Of a DNA stretch of 64,000 bases, positions 40,920-54,596 are shown one piece after another. Source of the stretch: Auanema rhodensis (lineage: Eukaryota; Animalia; Nematoda). Numbering within the stretch: the first letter of the stretch is position 1; every line of letters starts with the position of its first letter. The stretch spans positions 20,150,001 through 20,214,000 of the forward strand of contig OZ059894.1 of assembly GCA_964057225.1 (NCBI GenBank), given 5' to 3'. A model generated the notes under the pieces. The model had not been told where the DNA came from. It did not search any database and was given only the letters and a program-made list of their open reading frames with translations. A program made the translations under genes and the position numbers.

Positions 40920-43900
40920 ATGTACACTCAACATTGCTTCCAAAAACATTTTGACAAAAATTTTTTCGAAAAATTTCAAAATAAATTAGCAAAAAGGATG
41001 TTTTTAGATTCCTTTTTTCAAGGCAAAGACGATGGACAATGTTATTCAACGAAAAAATTAATTCTTCAGGGTGAAAATCGAGGATATAAGTGTGAACTTA
41101 TATCAGTTGATATCTCGGTGCATTTTTAAGCTAGCGCAAATCTGATAACACAGATCGACGCAGCTTAAAAATTCGCATCGAATGCACTATACTACATTGA
41201 GAAACGCTTAATACAAAAATTAGTTATGATCGTTTGAAAAATGATGCATTAGTGTATGTTGAGTTGCCATGTACACTCAACATTGCTTCCAAAAACATTT
41301 TGACAAAAATTTTTCGAAAAATTTCAAAATAAATTAGCAAAAAGTAGATGTTTTTAGATTCCTTTTTTCAAGGCAAAGACGATGGACAATGTTATTCAAC
41401 GAAAAAATTAATTCTTCAGGGTGAAAATCGAGGATATAAGTGTGAACTTATATCAGTTGATATCTCGGTGCATTTTTAAGCTAGCGCAAATCTGATAACA
41501 CAGATCGACGCAGCTTAAAAATCCGCATCGAATGCAGTATACTACATTGAGAAACGTTTAATACAAAAATTAGTTATGATCGTTTGAAAAATGATGCATT
41601 AGTGTATGTTGAGTTTCCATGTACACTCAACATTGCTTCCAAAAACATTTTGACAAAAATTTTTTCGAAAAATTTCAAAATAATTTAGCAAAAAGTAGAT
41701 GTTTTTAGATTCCTTTTTTCAAGGCAAAGACGATGGACAATGTTATTCAACGAAAAAATTAATTCTTCAGGGTGAAAATCGAGGATATAAGTGTGAACTT
41801 ATATCAGTTGATATCTCGGTGCATTTTTAAGCTAGTGCAAATCTGATAACACAGATCGACGCAGCTTAAAAATCCGCATCGAATGCACTATACTACATTG
41901 AGAAACGCTTAATACAAAAATTAGTTATGATCGTTTGAAAAATGATGCATTAGTGTATGTTGAGTTGCCATGTACACTCAACATTGCTTCCAAAAACATT
42001 TTGACAAAACTTTTTTCGAAAAATTTCAAAATAAATTAGCAAAAAGTAGATGTTTTTAGATTCCTTTTTTCAAGGCAAAGACGATGGACAATGTTATTCA
42101 ACGAAAAAATTAATTCTTCAGGGTGAAAATCGAGGATATAAGTGTGAACTTATATCAGTTGATATCTCGGTGCATTTTTAAGCTAGCGCAAATCTGATAA
42201 CACAGATCGACGCAGCTTAAAAATCCGCATCGAATGCAGTATACTACATTGAGAAACGCTTAATACAAAAATTAGTTATGATCGTTTGAAAAATGATGCA
42301 TTAGTGTATGTTGAGTTTCCATGTACACTCAACATTGCTTCCAAAAACATTTTGACAAAAATTTTTTCGAAAAATTTCAAAATAATTTAGCAAAAAGTAG
42401 ATGTTTTTAGATTCCTTTTTTCAAGGCAAAGACGATGGACAATGTTATTCAACGAAAAAATTAATTCTTCAGGGTGAAAATCGAGGATATAAGTGTGAAC
42501 TTATATCAGTTGATATCTCGGTGCATTTTTAAGCTAGCGCAAATCTGATAACACAGATCGACGCAGCTTAAAAATCCGCATCAAATGCACTATACTACAT
42601 TGAGAAACGCTTAATACAAAAATTAGTTATGATCGTTTGAAAAATGATGCATTAGTGTATGTTGAGTTTCCATGTACACTCAACATTGCTTCCAAAAACA
42701 TTTTGACAAAAATTTTTTCGAAAAATTTCAAAATAATTTAGCAAAAAGTAGATGTTTTTAGATTCCTTTTTTCAAGGCAAAGACGATGGACAATGTTATT
42801 CAACGATAAAATTAATTCTTCAGGGTGAAAATCGAGGATATAAGTGTGAACTTATATCAGTTGATATCTCGGTGCATTTTTAAGCTAGCGCAAATCTGAT
42901 AACACAGATCGACGCAGCTTAAAAATCCGCATCGAATGCACTATACTACATTGAGAAACGCTCAATACAAAAATTAGTTATGATCGTTTGAAAAATGATG
43001 CATTAGTGTATGTTGAGTTTCCATGTACACTCAACATTGCTTCCAAAAACATTTTGACAAAAATTTTTTCAAAAAATTTCAAAATAAATTAGCAAAAAGT
43101 AGATGTTTTTAGATTCCTTTTTTCAAGGCAAAGACGATGGACAATGTTATTCAACGATAAAATTAATTCTTCAGGGTGAAAATCGAGGATATAAGTGTGA
43201 ACTTATATCAGTTGATATCTCGGTGCATTTTTAAGCTAGCGCAAATCTGATAACACAGATCGACGCAGCTTAAAAATCCGCATCGAATGCACTATACTAC
43301 ATTGAGAAACGCTCAATACGAAAATTAGTTATGATCGTTTGAAAAATGATGCATTAGTGTATGTTGAGTTTCCATGTACACTCAACATTGCTTCCAAAAA
43401 CATTTTGACAAAAATTTTTTCAAAAAATTTCAAAATAAATTAGCAAAAAGTAGATGTTTTTAGATTCCTTTTTTCAAGGCAAAGACGATGGACAATGTTA
43501 TTCAACGAAAAAATTAATTCTTCAGGGTGAAAATCGAGGATATAAGTGTGAACTTATATCAGTTGATATCTCGGTGTATTTTCAAGCTAGCGCAAATCTG
43601 ATAACACAGATCGACGCAGCTTAAAAATCCGCATCGAATGCACTATACTACATTGAGAAACGCTTAATACAAAAATTAGTTATGATCGTTTGAAAAATGA
43701 TGCATTAGTGTATGTTGAGTTTCCATGTACACTCAACATTGCTTCCAAAAACATTTTGACAAAAATTTTTTCGAAAAGTTTCAGAATAATTTAGCAAAAA
43801 GTAGATGTTTTTAGATTCCTTTTTTCAAGGCAAAGACGATGGACAATGTTATTCAACGATAAAATTAATTCTTCAGGGTGAAAATCGAGGATATAAGTGT

Positions 43901-46900
43901 GAACTTATATCAGTTGATATCTCGGTGCATTTTTAAGCTAGCGCAAATCTGATAACACAGATCGACGCAGCTTAAAAATTCGCATCGAATGCACTATACT
44001 ACATTGAGAAACGCTTAATACAAAAATTAGTTATGATCGTTTGAAAAATGATGCATTAGTGTATGTTGAGTTGCCATGTACACTCAACATTGCTTCCAAA
44101 AACATTTTGACAAAAATTTTTCGAAAAATTTCAAAATAAATTAGCAAAAAGTAGATGTTTTTAGATTCCTTTTTTGAAGGCAAAGACGATGGACAATGTT
44201 ATTCAACGAAAAAATTAATTCTTCAGGGTGAAAATCGAGGATATAAGTGTGAACTTATATCAGTTGATATCTCGGTGCATTTTTAAGCTAGCGCAAATCT
44301 GATAACACAGATCGACGCAGCTTAAAAATCCGCATCGAATGCAGTATACTACATTGAGAAACGCTTAATACAAAAATTAGTTATGATCGTTTGAAAAATG
44401 ATGCATTAGTGTATGTTGAGTTTCCATGTACACTCAACATTGCTTCCAAAAACATTTTGACAAAAATTTTTTCGAAAAATTTCAAAATAAATTAGCAAAA
44501 AGGATGTTTTTAGATTCCTTTTTTCAAGGCAAAGACGATGGACAATGTTATTCAACGAAAAAATTAATTCTTCAGGGTGAAAATCGAGGATATAAGTGTG
44601 AACTTATATCAGTTGATATCTCGGTGCATTTTTAAGCTAGCGCAAATCTGATAACACAGATCGACGCAGCTTAAAAATTCGCATCGAATGCACTATACTA
44701 CATTGAGAAACGCTTAATACAAAAATTAGTTATGATCGTTTGAAAAATGATGCATTAGTGTATGTTGAGTTGCCATGTACACTCAACATTGCTTCCAAAA
44801 ACATTTTGACAAAAATTTTTCGAAAAATTTCAAAATAAATTAGCAAAAAGTAGATGTTTTTAGATTCCTTTTTTCAAGGCAAAGACGATGGACAATGTTA
44901 TTCAACGAAAAAATTAATTCTTCAGGGTGAAAATCGAGGATATAAGTGTGAACTTATATCAGTTGATATCTCGGTGCATTTTTAAGCTAGCGCAAATCTG
45001 ATAACACAGATCGACGCAGCTTAAAAATCCGCATCGAATGCAGTATACTACATTGAGAAACGCTTAATACAAAAATTAGTTATGATCGTTTGAAAAATGA
45101 TGCATTAGTGTATGTTGAGTTTCCATGTACACTCAACATTGCTTCCAAAAACATTTTGACAAAAATTTTTTCGAAAAATTTCAAAATAATTTAGCAAAAA
45201 GTAGATGTTTTTAGATTCCTTTTTTCAAGGCAAAGACGATGGACAATGTTATTCAACGAAAAAATTAATTCTTCAGGGTGAAAATCGAGGATATAAGTGT
45301 GAACTTATATCAGTTGATATCTCGGTGCATTTTTAAGCTAGTGCAAATCTGATAACACAGATCGACGCAGCTTAAAAATCCGCATCGAATGCACTATACT
45401 ACATTGAGAAACGCTTAATACAAAAATTAGTTATGATCGTTTGGAAAATGATGCATTAGTGTATGTTGAGTTTCCATGTACACTCAACATTGCTTCCAAA
45501 AACATTTTGACAAAAATTTTTTCGAAAAATTTCAAAATAAATTAGCAAAAAGTAGATGTTTTTAGATTCCTTTTTTCAAGGCAAAGACGATGGACAATGT
45601 TATTCAACGAAAAAATTAATTCTTCAGGGTGAAAATCGAGGATATAAGTGTGAACTTATATCAGTTGATATCTCGGTGCATTTTTAAGCTAGCGCAAATC
45701 TGATAACACAGATCGACGCAGCTTAAAAATCCGCATCGAATGCAGTATACTACATTGAGAAACGCTTAATACAAAAATTAGTTATGATCGTTTGAAAAAT
45801 GATGCATTAGTGTATGTTGAGTTTCCATGTACACTCAACATTGCTTCCAAAAACATTTTGACAAAAATTTTTTCGAAAAATTTCAAAATAATTTAGCAAA
45901 AAGTAGATGTTTTTAGATTCCTTTTTTCAAGGCAAAGACGATGGACAATGTTATTCAACGAAAAAATTAATTCTTCAGGGTGAAAATCGAGGATATAAGT
46001 GTGAACTTATATCAGTTGATATCTCGGTGCATTTTTAAGCTAGCGCAAATCTGATAACACAGATCGACGCAGCTTAAAAATCCGCATCGAATGCACTATA
46101 CTACATTGAGAAACGCTTAATACAAAAATTAGTTATGATCGTTTGAAAAATGATGCATTAGTGTATGTTGAGTTTCCATGTACACTCAACATTGCTTCCA
46201 AAAACATTTTGACAAAAATTTTTTCGAAAAATTTCAAAATAATTTAGCAAAAAGTAGATGTTTTTAGATTCCTTTTTTCAAGGCAAAGACGATGGACAAT
46301 GTTATTCAACGATAAAATTAATTCTTCAGGGTGAAAATCGAGGATATAAGTGTGAACTTATATCAGTTGATATCTCGGTGCATTTTTAAGCTAGCGCAAA
46401 TCTGATAACACAGATCGACGCAGCTTAAAAATCCGCATCGAATGCACTATACTACATTGAGAAACGCTCAATACAAAAATTAGTTATGATCGTTTGAAAA
46501 ATGATGCATTAGTGTATGTTGAGTTTCCATGTACACTCAACATTGCTTCCAAAAACATTTTGACAAAAATTTTTTCAAAAAATTTCAAAATAAATTAGCA
46601 AAAAGTAGATGTTTTTAGATTCCTTTTTTCAAGGCAAAGACGATGGACAATGTTATTCAACGATAAAATTAATTCTTCAGGGTGAAAATCGAGGATATAA
46701 GTGTGAACTTATATCAGTTGATATCTCGGTGCATTTTTAAGCTAGCGCAAATCTGATAACACAGATCGACGCAGCTTAAAAATCCGCATCGAATGCACTA
46801 TACTACATTGAGAAACGCTCAATACGAAAATTAGTTATGATCGTTTGAAAAATGATGCATTAGTGTATGTTGAGTTTCCATGTACACTCAACATTGCTTC

Positions 46901-47350
46901 CAAAAACATTTTGACAAAAATTTTTTCAAAAAATTTCAAAATAAATTAGCAAAAAGTAGATGTTTTTAGATTCCTTTTTTCAAGGCAAAGACGATGGACA
47001 ATGTTATTCAACGAAAAAATTAATTCTTCAGGGTGAAAATCGAGGATATAAGTGTGAACTTATATCAGTTGATATCTCGGTGCATTTTCAAGCTAGCGCA
47101 AATCTGATAACACAGATCGACGCAGCTTAAAAATCCGCATCGAATGCACTATACTACATTGAGAAACGCTTAATACAAAAATTAGTTATGATCGTTTGAA
47201 AAATGATGCATTAGTGTATGTTGAGTTTCCATGTACACTCAACATTGCTTCCAAAAACATTTTGACAAAAATTTTTTCGAAAAGTTTCAGAATAATTTAG
47301 CAAAAAGTAGATGTTTTTAGATTCCTTTTTTCAAGGCAAAGACGATGGAC
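40400..47350 (-). repeat. 10-monomer (3506-bp) tandem duplication (boundaries approximate)
   Basis: Several markers recur about 3506 bp apart: ORF starts 40920/44426, AATACGAAA 43320/46826, AAAAGTTTC 43778/47284, CTAGTGC ~41835/~45341, TTTGAAGG ~40670/~44176. Confidence 0.85.
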
Positions 47351-50300
47351 AATGTTATTCAACGAAAAAATTAATTCTTCAGGGTGAAAATCGAGGATAT
47401 AAGTGTGAACTTATATCAGTTGATATCTCGGTGCATTTTCAAGCTAGCGCAAATCTGATAACACAGATCGACGCAGCTTAAAAATCCGCATCGAATGCAC
47501 TATACTACATTGAGAAACGCTTAATACAAAAATTAGTTATGATCGTTTGAAAAATGATGCATTAGTGTATGTTGAGTTTCCATGTACACTCAACATTGCT
47601 TCCAAAAACATTTTGACAAAAATTTTTTCGAAAAATTTCAAAATAATTTAGCAAAAAGTAGATGTTTTTAGATTCCTTTTTTCAAGGCAAAGACGATGGC
47701 CAATGTTATTCAACGAAAAAATCAATTCTTCAGGGTGAAAATCGAGGATATAAGTGTGAACTTATATCAGTTGATATCTCGGTGCATTTTTAAGCTAGCG
47801 CAAATCTGATAAAACAGATCGACGCAGCTTAAAAATCCGCATCGAATGCACTATACTACATTGAGAAACGCTCAATACAAAAATTAGTTATGATCGTTTG
47901 AAAAATGATGCATTAGTGTATGTTGAGTTTCCATGTACACTCAACATTGCTTCCAAAAACATTTTGACAAAAATTTTTTCAAAAAATTTCAAAATAAATT
48001 AGCAAAAAGTAGATGTTTTTAGATTCCTTTTTTCAAGGCAAAGACGATGGACAATGTTATACAACGAAAAAATTAATTCTTCAGGGTGAAAATCGAGGAT
48101 ATAAGTGTGAACTTATATCAGTTGATATCTCGGTGCATTTTCAAGCTAGCGCAAATCTGATAACACAGATCGACGCAGCTTAAAAATCCGCATCGAATGC
48201 ACTATACTACATTGAGAAACGCTTAATACAAAAATTAGTTATGATCGTTTGAAAAATGATGCATTAGTGTATGTGGAGTTTCCATGTACACTCAACATTG
48301 CTTCCAAAAACATTTTGACAAAAATTTTTTCGAAAAATTTCAAGATAAATTAGCAAAAAGTAGATGTTTTTAGATTCCTTTTTTCAAGGCAAAGACGATG
48401 GACAATGTTATTCAACGAAAAAATTAATTCTTCAGAGTGAAAATCGAGGATATAAGTGTGAACTTATATCAGTTGATATCTCGGTGCATTTTTAAGCTAG
48501 CGCAAATCTGATAACACAGATCGACGCAGCTTAAAAATTCGCATCGAATGCACTATACTACATTGAGAAACGCTTAATACAAAATTTAGTTATGATCGTT
48601 TGAAAAATGATGCATTAGTGTATGTTGAGTTTCCATGTACACTCAACATTGCTTCCAAAAACATTTTGACAAAAATTTTTTCAAAAAATTTCAAAATAAA
48701 TTAGCAAAAAGTAGATGTTTTTAGATTCCTTTTTTCAAGGCAAAGACGATGGCCAATGTTATTCAACGAAAAAATCAATTCTTCAGGGTGAAAATCGAGG
48801 ATATAAGTGTGAACTTATATCAGTTGATATCTCGGTGCATTTTTAAGCTAGCGCAAATCTGATAAAACAGATCGACGCAGCTTAAAAATTCGCATCGAAT
48901 GCACTATACTACATTGAGAAACGCTTAATACAAAAATTAGTTATGATCGTTTGAAAAATGATGCATTAGTGTATGTTGAGTTTCCATGTACACTCAACAT
49001 TGCTTCCAAAAACATTTTGACAAAAATTTTTTCGAAAAATTTCAAAATAATTTAGCAAAAAGTAGATGTTTTTAGATTCCTTTTTTCAAGGCAAAGACGA
49101 TGGCCAATGTTATTCAACGAAAAAATCAATTCTTCAGGGTGAAAATCGAGGATATAAGTGTGAACTTATATCAGTTGATATCTCGGTGCATTTTTAAGCT
49201 AGCGCAAATCTGATAAAACAGATCGACGCAGCTTAAAAATCCGCATCGAATGCACTATACTACATTGAGAAACGCTCAATACAAAAATTAGTTATGATCG
49301 TTTGAAAAATGATGCATTAGTGTATGTTGAGTTTCCATGTACACTCAACATTGCTTCCAAAAACATTTTGACAAAAATTTTTTCAAAAAATTTCAAAATA
49401 AATTAGCAAAAAGTAGATGTTTTTAGATTCCTTTTTTCAAGGCAAAGACGATGGACAATGTTATACAACGAAAAAATTAATTCTTCAGGGTGAAAATCGA
49501 GGATATAAGTGTGATCTTATATCAGTTGATATCTCGGTGCATTTTCAAGCTAGCGCAAATCTGATAACACAGATCGACGCAGCTTAAAAATCCGCATCGA
49601 ATGCACTATACTACATTGAGAAACGCTTAATACAAAAATTAGTTATGATCGTTTGAAAAATGATGCATTAGTGTATGTGGAGTTTCCATGTACACTCAAC
49701 ATTGCTTCCAAAAACATTTTGACAAAAATTTTTTCGAAAAATTTCAGAATAAATTAGCAAAAAGTAGATGTTTTTAGATTCCTTTTTTCAAGGCAAAGAC
49801 GATGGCCAATGTTATTCAACGAAAAAATTAATTCTTCAGGGTGAAAATCGAGGATATAAGTGTGAACTTATATCAGTTGATATCTCGGTGCATTTTTAAG
49901 CTAGCGCAAATCTGATAACACAGATCGACGCAGCTTAAAAATCCGCATCGAATGCATTATACTACATTGAGAAACGCTTAATACAAAAATTAGTTATGAT
50001 CGTTTGAAAAATGATGCATTAGTGTATGTTGAGTTTCCATGTACACTCAACATTGCTTCCAAAAACATTTTGACAAAAATTTTTTCGAAAAATTTCAGAA
50101 TAATTTAGCAAAAAGTAGATGTTTTTAGATTCCTTTTTTCAAGACAAAGACGATGGACAATGTTATTCAACGATAAAATCAATTCTTCAGGGTGAAAATC
50201 GAGGATATAAGTGTGAACTTATATCAGTTGATATCTCGGTGTATTTTTAAGCTAGCGCAAATCTGATAACACAGATCGACGCAGCTTAAAAATCCGCATC

Positions 50301-53300
50301 GAATGCACTATACTACATTGAGAAACGCTCAATACAAAAATTAGTTATGATCGTTTGAAAAATGATGCATTAAATGTTGAGTTTCCATGTACACTCAACA
50401 TTGCTTCCAAAAACATTTTGACAAAAATTTTTTCGAAAAATTTCAAGATAAATTAGCAAAAAGTAGATGTTTTTAGATTCCTTTTTTCAAGGCAAAGACG
50501 ATGGACAATGTCATTCAACGAAAAAATTAATTCTTCAGAGTGAAAATCGAGGATATAAGTGTGAACTTATATCAGTTGATATCTCGGTGCATTTTTAAGC
50601 TAGCGCAAATCTGATAACACAGATCGACGCAGCTTAAAAATTCGCATCGAATGCACTATACTACATTGAGAAACGCTTAATACAAAAATTAGTTATGATC
50701 GTTTGAAAAATGATGCATTAGTGTATGTTGAGTTTCCATGTACACTCAACATTGCTTCCAAAAACATTTTGACAAAAATTTTTTCAAAAAATTTCAAAAT
50801 AAATTAGCAAAAAGTAGATGTTTTTAGATTCCTTTTTTCAAGGCAAAGACGATGGACAATGTTATACAACGAAAAAATTAATTCTTCAGGGTGAAAATCG
50901 AGGATATAAGTGTGAACTTATATCAGTTGATATCTCGGTGCATTTTCAAGCTAGCGCAAATCTGATAACACAGATCGACGCAGCTTAAAAATCCGCATCG
51001 AATGCATTATACTACATTGAGAAACGCTTAATACAAAAATTAGTTATGATCGTTTGAAAAATGATGCATTAGTGTATGTTGAGTTTCCATGTACACTCAA
51101 CATTGCTTCCAAAAACATTTTGACAAAAATTTTTTTTGAAAAATTTCAGAATAAATTAGCAAAAAGTAGATGTTTTTAGATTCCTTTTTTCAAGGCAAAG
51201 ACGATGGCCAATGTTATTCAACGAAAAAATTGATTCTTCAGGGTGAAAATCGAGGATATAAGTGTGAACTTATATCAGTTGATATCTCGGTGCATTTTTA
51301 AGCTAGCGCAAATCTGATAACACAGATCGACGCAGCTTAAAAATCCGCATCGAATGCATTATACTACATTGAGAAACGCTTAATACAAAAATTAGTTATG
51401 ATCGTTTGAAAAATGATGCATTAGTGTATGTTGAGTTTCCATGTACACTCAACATTGCTTCCAAAAACATTTTGACAAAAATTTTTTCGAAAAATTTCAG
51501 AATAATTTAGCAAAAAGTAGATGTTTTTAGATTCCTTTTTTCAAGACAAAGACGATGGACAATGTTATTCAACGATAAAATCAATTCTTCAGGGTGAAAA
51601 TCGAGGATATAAGTGTGAACTTATATCAGTTGATATCTCGGTGTATTTTTAAGCTAGCGCAAATCTGATAACACAGATCGACGCAGCTTAAAAATCCGCA
51701 TCGAATGCACTATACTACATTGAGAAACGCTCAATACAAAAATTAGTTATGATCGTTTGAAAAATGATGCATTAGTGTATGTTGAGTTTCCATGTACATT
51801 CAACATTGCTTCCAAAAACATTTTGACAAAAATTTTTTCAAAAAATTTCAAAATAATTTAGCAAAAAGTAGATGTTTTTAGATTCCTTTTTTCAAGGCAA
51901 AGACGATGGACAATGTTATTCAACGATAAAATTAATTCTTCAGGGTGAAAATCGAGGATATAAGTGTGAACTTATATCAGTTGATATCTCGGTGCATTTT
52001 TAAGCTAGCGCAAATCTGATAACACAGATCGACGCAGCTTAAAAATCCGCATCGAATGCACTATACTACATTGAGAAACGCTCAATACAAAAATTAGTTA
52101 TGATCGTTTGAAAAATGATGCATTAGTGTATGTTGAGTTTCCATGTACACTCAACATTGCTTCCAAAAACATTTTGACAAAAATTTTTTCGAAAAATTTC
52201 AGAATAAATTAGCAAAAAGTAGATGTTTTTAGATTCCTTTTTTCAAGGCAAAGACGATGGCCAATGTTATTCAACGAAAAAATTAATTCTTCAGGGTGAA
52301 AATCGAGGATATAAGTGTGAACTTATATCAGTTGATATCTCGGTGCATTTTCAAGCTAGCGCAAATCTGATAACACAGATCGACGCAGCTTAAAAATCCG
52401 CATCGAATGCACTATACTACATTGAGAAACGCTTAATACAAAAATTAGTTATGATCGTTTGAAAAATGATGCATTAGTGTATGTGGAGTTTCCATGTACA
52501 CTCAACATTGCTTCCAAAAACATTTTGACAAAAATTTTTTCGAAAAATTTCAGAATAAATTAGCAAAAAGTAGATGTTTTTAGATTCCTTTTTTCAAGGC
52601 AAAGACGATGGCCAATGTTATTCAACGAAAAAATTAATTCTTCAGGGTGAAAATCGAGGATATAAGTGTGAACTTATATCAGTTGATATCTCGGTGCATT
52701 TTTAAGCTAGCGCAAATCTGATAACACAGATCGACGCAGCTTAAAAATCCGCATCGAATGCATTATACTACATTGAGAAACGCTTAATACAAAAATTAGT
52801 TATGATCGTTTGAAAAATGATGCATTAGTGTATGTTGAGTTTCCATGTACACTCAACATTGCTTCCAAAAACATTTTGACAAAAATTTTTTCGAAAAATT
52901 TCAGAATAATTTAGCAAAAAGTAGATGTTTTTAGATTCCTTTTTTCAAGACAAAGACGATGGACAATGTTATTCAACGATAAAATCAATTCTTCAGGGTG
53001 AAAATCGAGGATATAAGTGTGAACTTATATCAGTTGATATCTCGGTGTATTTTTAAGCTAGCGCAAATCTGATAACACAGATCGACGCAGCTTAAAAATC
53101 CGCATCGAATGCACTATACTACATTGAGAAACGCTCAATACAAAAATTAGTTATGATCGTTTGAAAAATGATGCATTAAATGTTGAGTTTCCATGTACAC
53201 TCAACATTGCTTCCAAAAACATTTTGACAAAAATTTTTTCGAAAAATTTCAAGATAAATTAGCAAAAAGTAGATGTTTTTAGATTCCTTTTTTCAAGGCA

Positions 53301-54596
53301 AAGACGATGGACAATGTTATTCAACGAAAAAATTAATTCTTCAGAGTGAAAATCGAGGATATAAGTGTGAACTTATATCAGTTGATATCTCGGTGCATTT
53401 TTAAGCTAGCGCAAATCTGATAACACAGATCGACGCAGCTTAAAAATTCGCATCGAATGCACTATACTACATTGAGAAACGCTTAATACAAAAATTAGTT
53501 ATGATCGTTTGAAAAATGATGCATTAGTGTATGTTGAGTTTCCATGTACACTCAACATTGCTTCCAAAAACATTTTGACAAAAATTTTTTCGAAAAATTT
53601 CAGAATAAATTAGCAAAAAGTAGATGTTTTTAGATTCCTTTTTTCAAGGCAAAGACGATGGCCAATGTTATTCAACGAAAAAATTAATTCTTCAGGGTGA
53701 AAATCGAGGATATAAGTGTGAACTTATATCAGTTGATATCTCGGTGCATTTTTAAGCTAGCGCAAATCTGATAACACAGATCGACGCAGCTTAAAAATCC
53801 GCATCGAATGCATTATACTACATTGAGAAACGCTTAATACAAAAATTAGTTATGATCGTTTGAAAAATGATGCATTAGTGTATGTTGAGTTTCCATGTAC
53901 ACTCAACATTGCTTCCAAAAACATTTTGACAAAAATTTTTTCGAAAAATTTCAGAATAATTTAGCAAAAAGTAGATGTTTTTAGATTCCTTTTTTCAAGA
54001 CAAAGACGATGGACAATGTTATTCAACGATAAAATCAATTCTTCAGGGTGAAAATCGAGGATATAAGTGTGAACTTATATCAGTTGATATCTCGGTGTAT
54101 TTTTAAGCTAGCGCAAATCTGATAACACAGATCGACGCAGCTTAAAAATCCGCATCGAATGCACTATACTACATTGAGAAACGCTCAATACAAAAATTAG
54201 TTATGATCGTTTGAAAAATGATGCATTAGTGTATGTTGAGTTTCCATGTACATTCAACATTGCTTCCAAAAACATTTTGACAAAAATTTTTTCAAAAAAT
54301 TTCAAAATAATTTAGCAAAAAGTAGATGTTTTTAGGTTCCTTTTTTCAAGGCAAAGACGATGGACAATGTTATTCAACGATAAAATTAATTCTTCAGGGT
54401 GAAAATCGAGGATATAAGTGTGAACTTATATCAGTTGATATCTCGGTGCATTTTTAAGCTAGCGCAAATCTGATAACACAGATCGACGCAGCTTAAAAAT
54501 CCGCATCGAATGCACTATACTACATTGAGAAACGCTCAATACAAAAATTAGTTATGATCGTTTGAAAAATGATGCATTAGTGTATGTTGAGTTTCC

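Noticed and set aside
20620-44635. Thirteen 69-aa ORFs as a real multicopy gene family
   Set aside because: They lie wholly within satellite monomers and arise from a 2-bp deletion absent from over 90% of copies. One further copy is already stopped. There is no recognisable domain or gene context.
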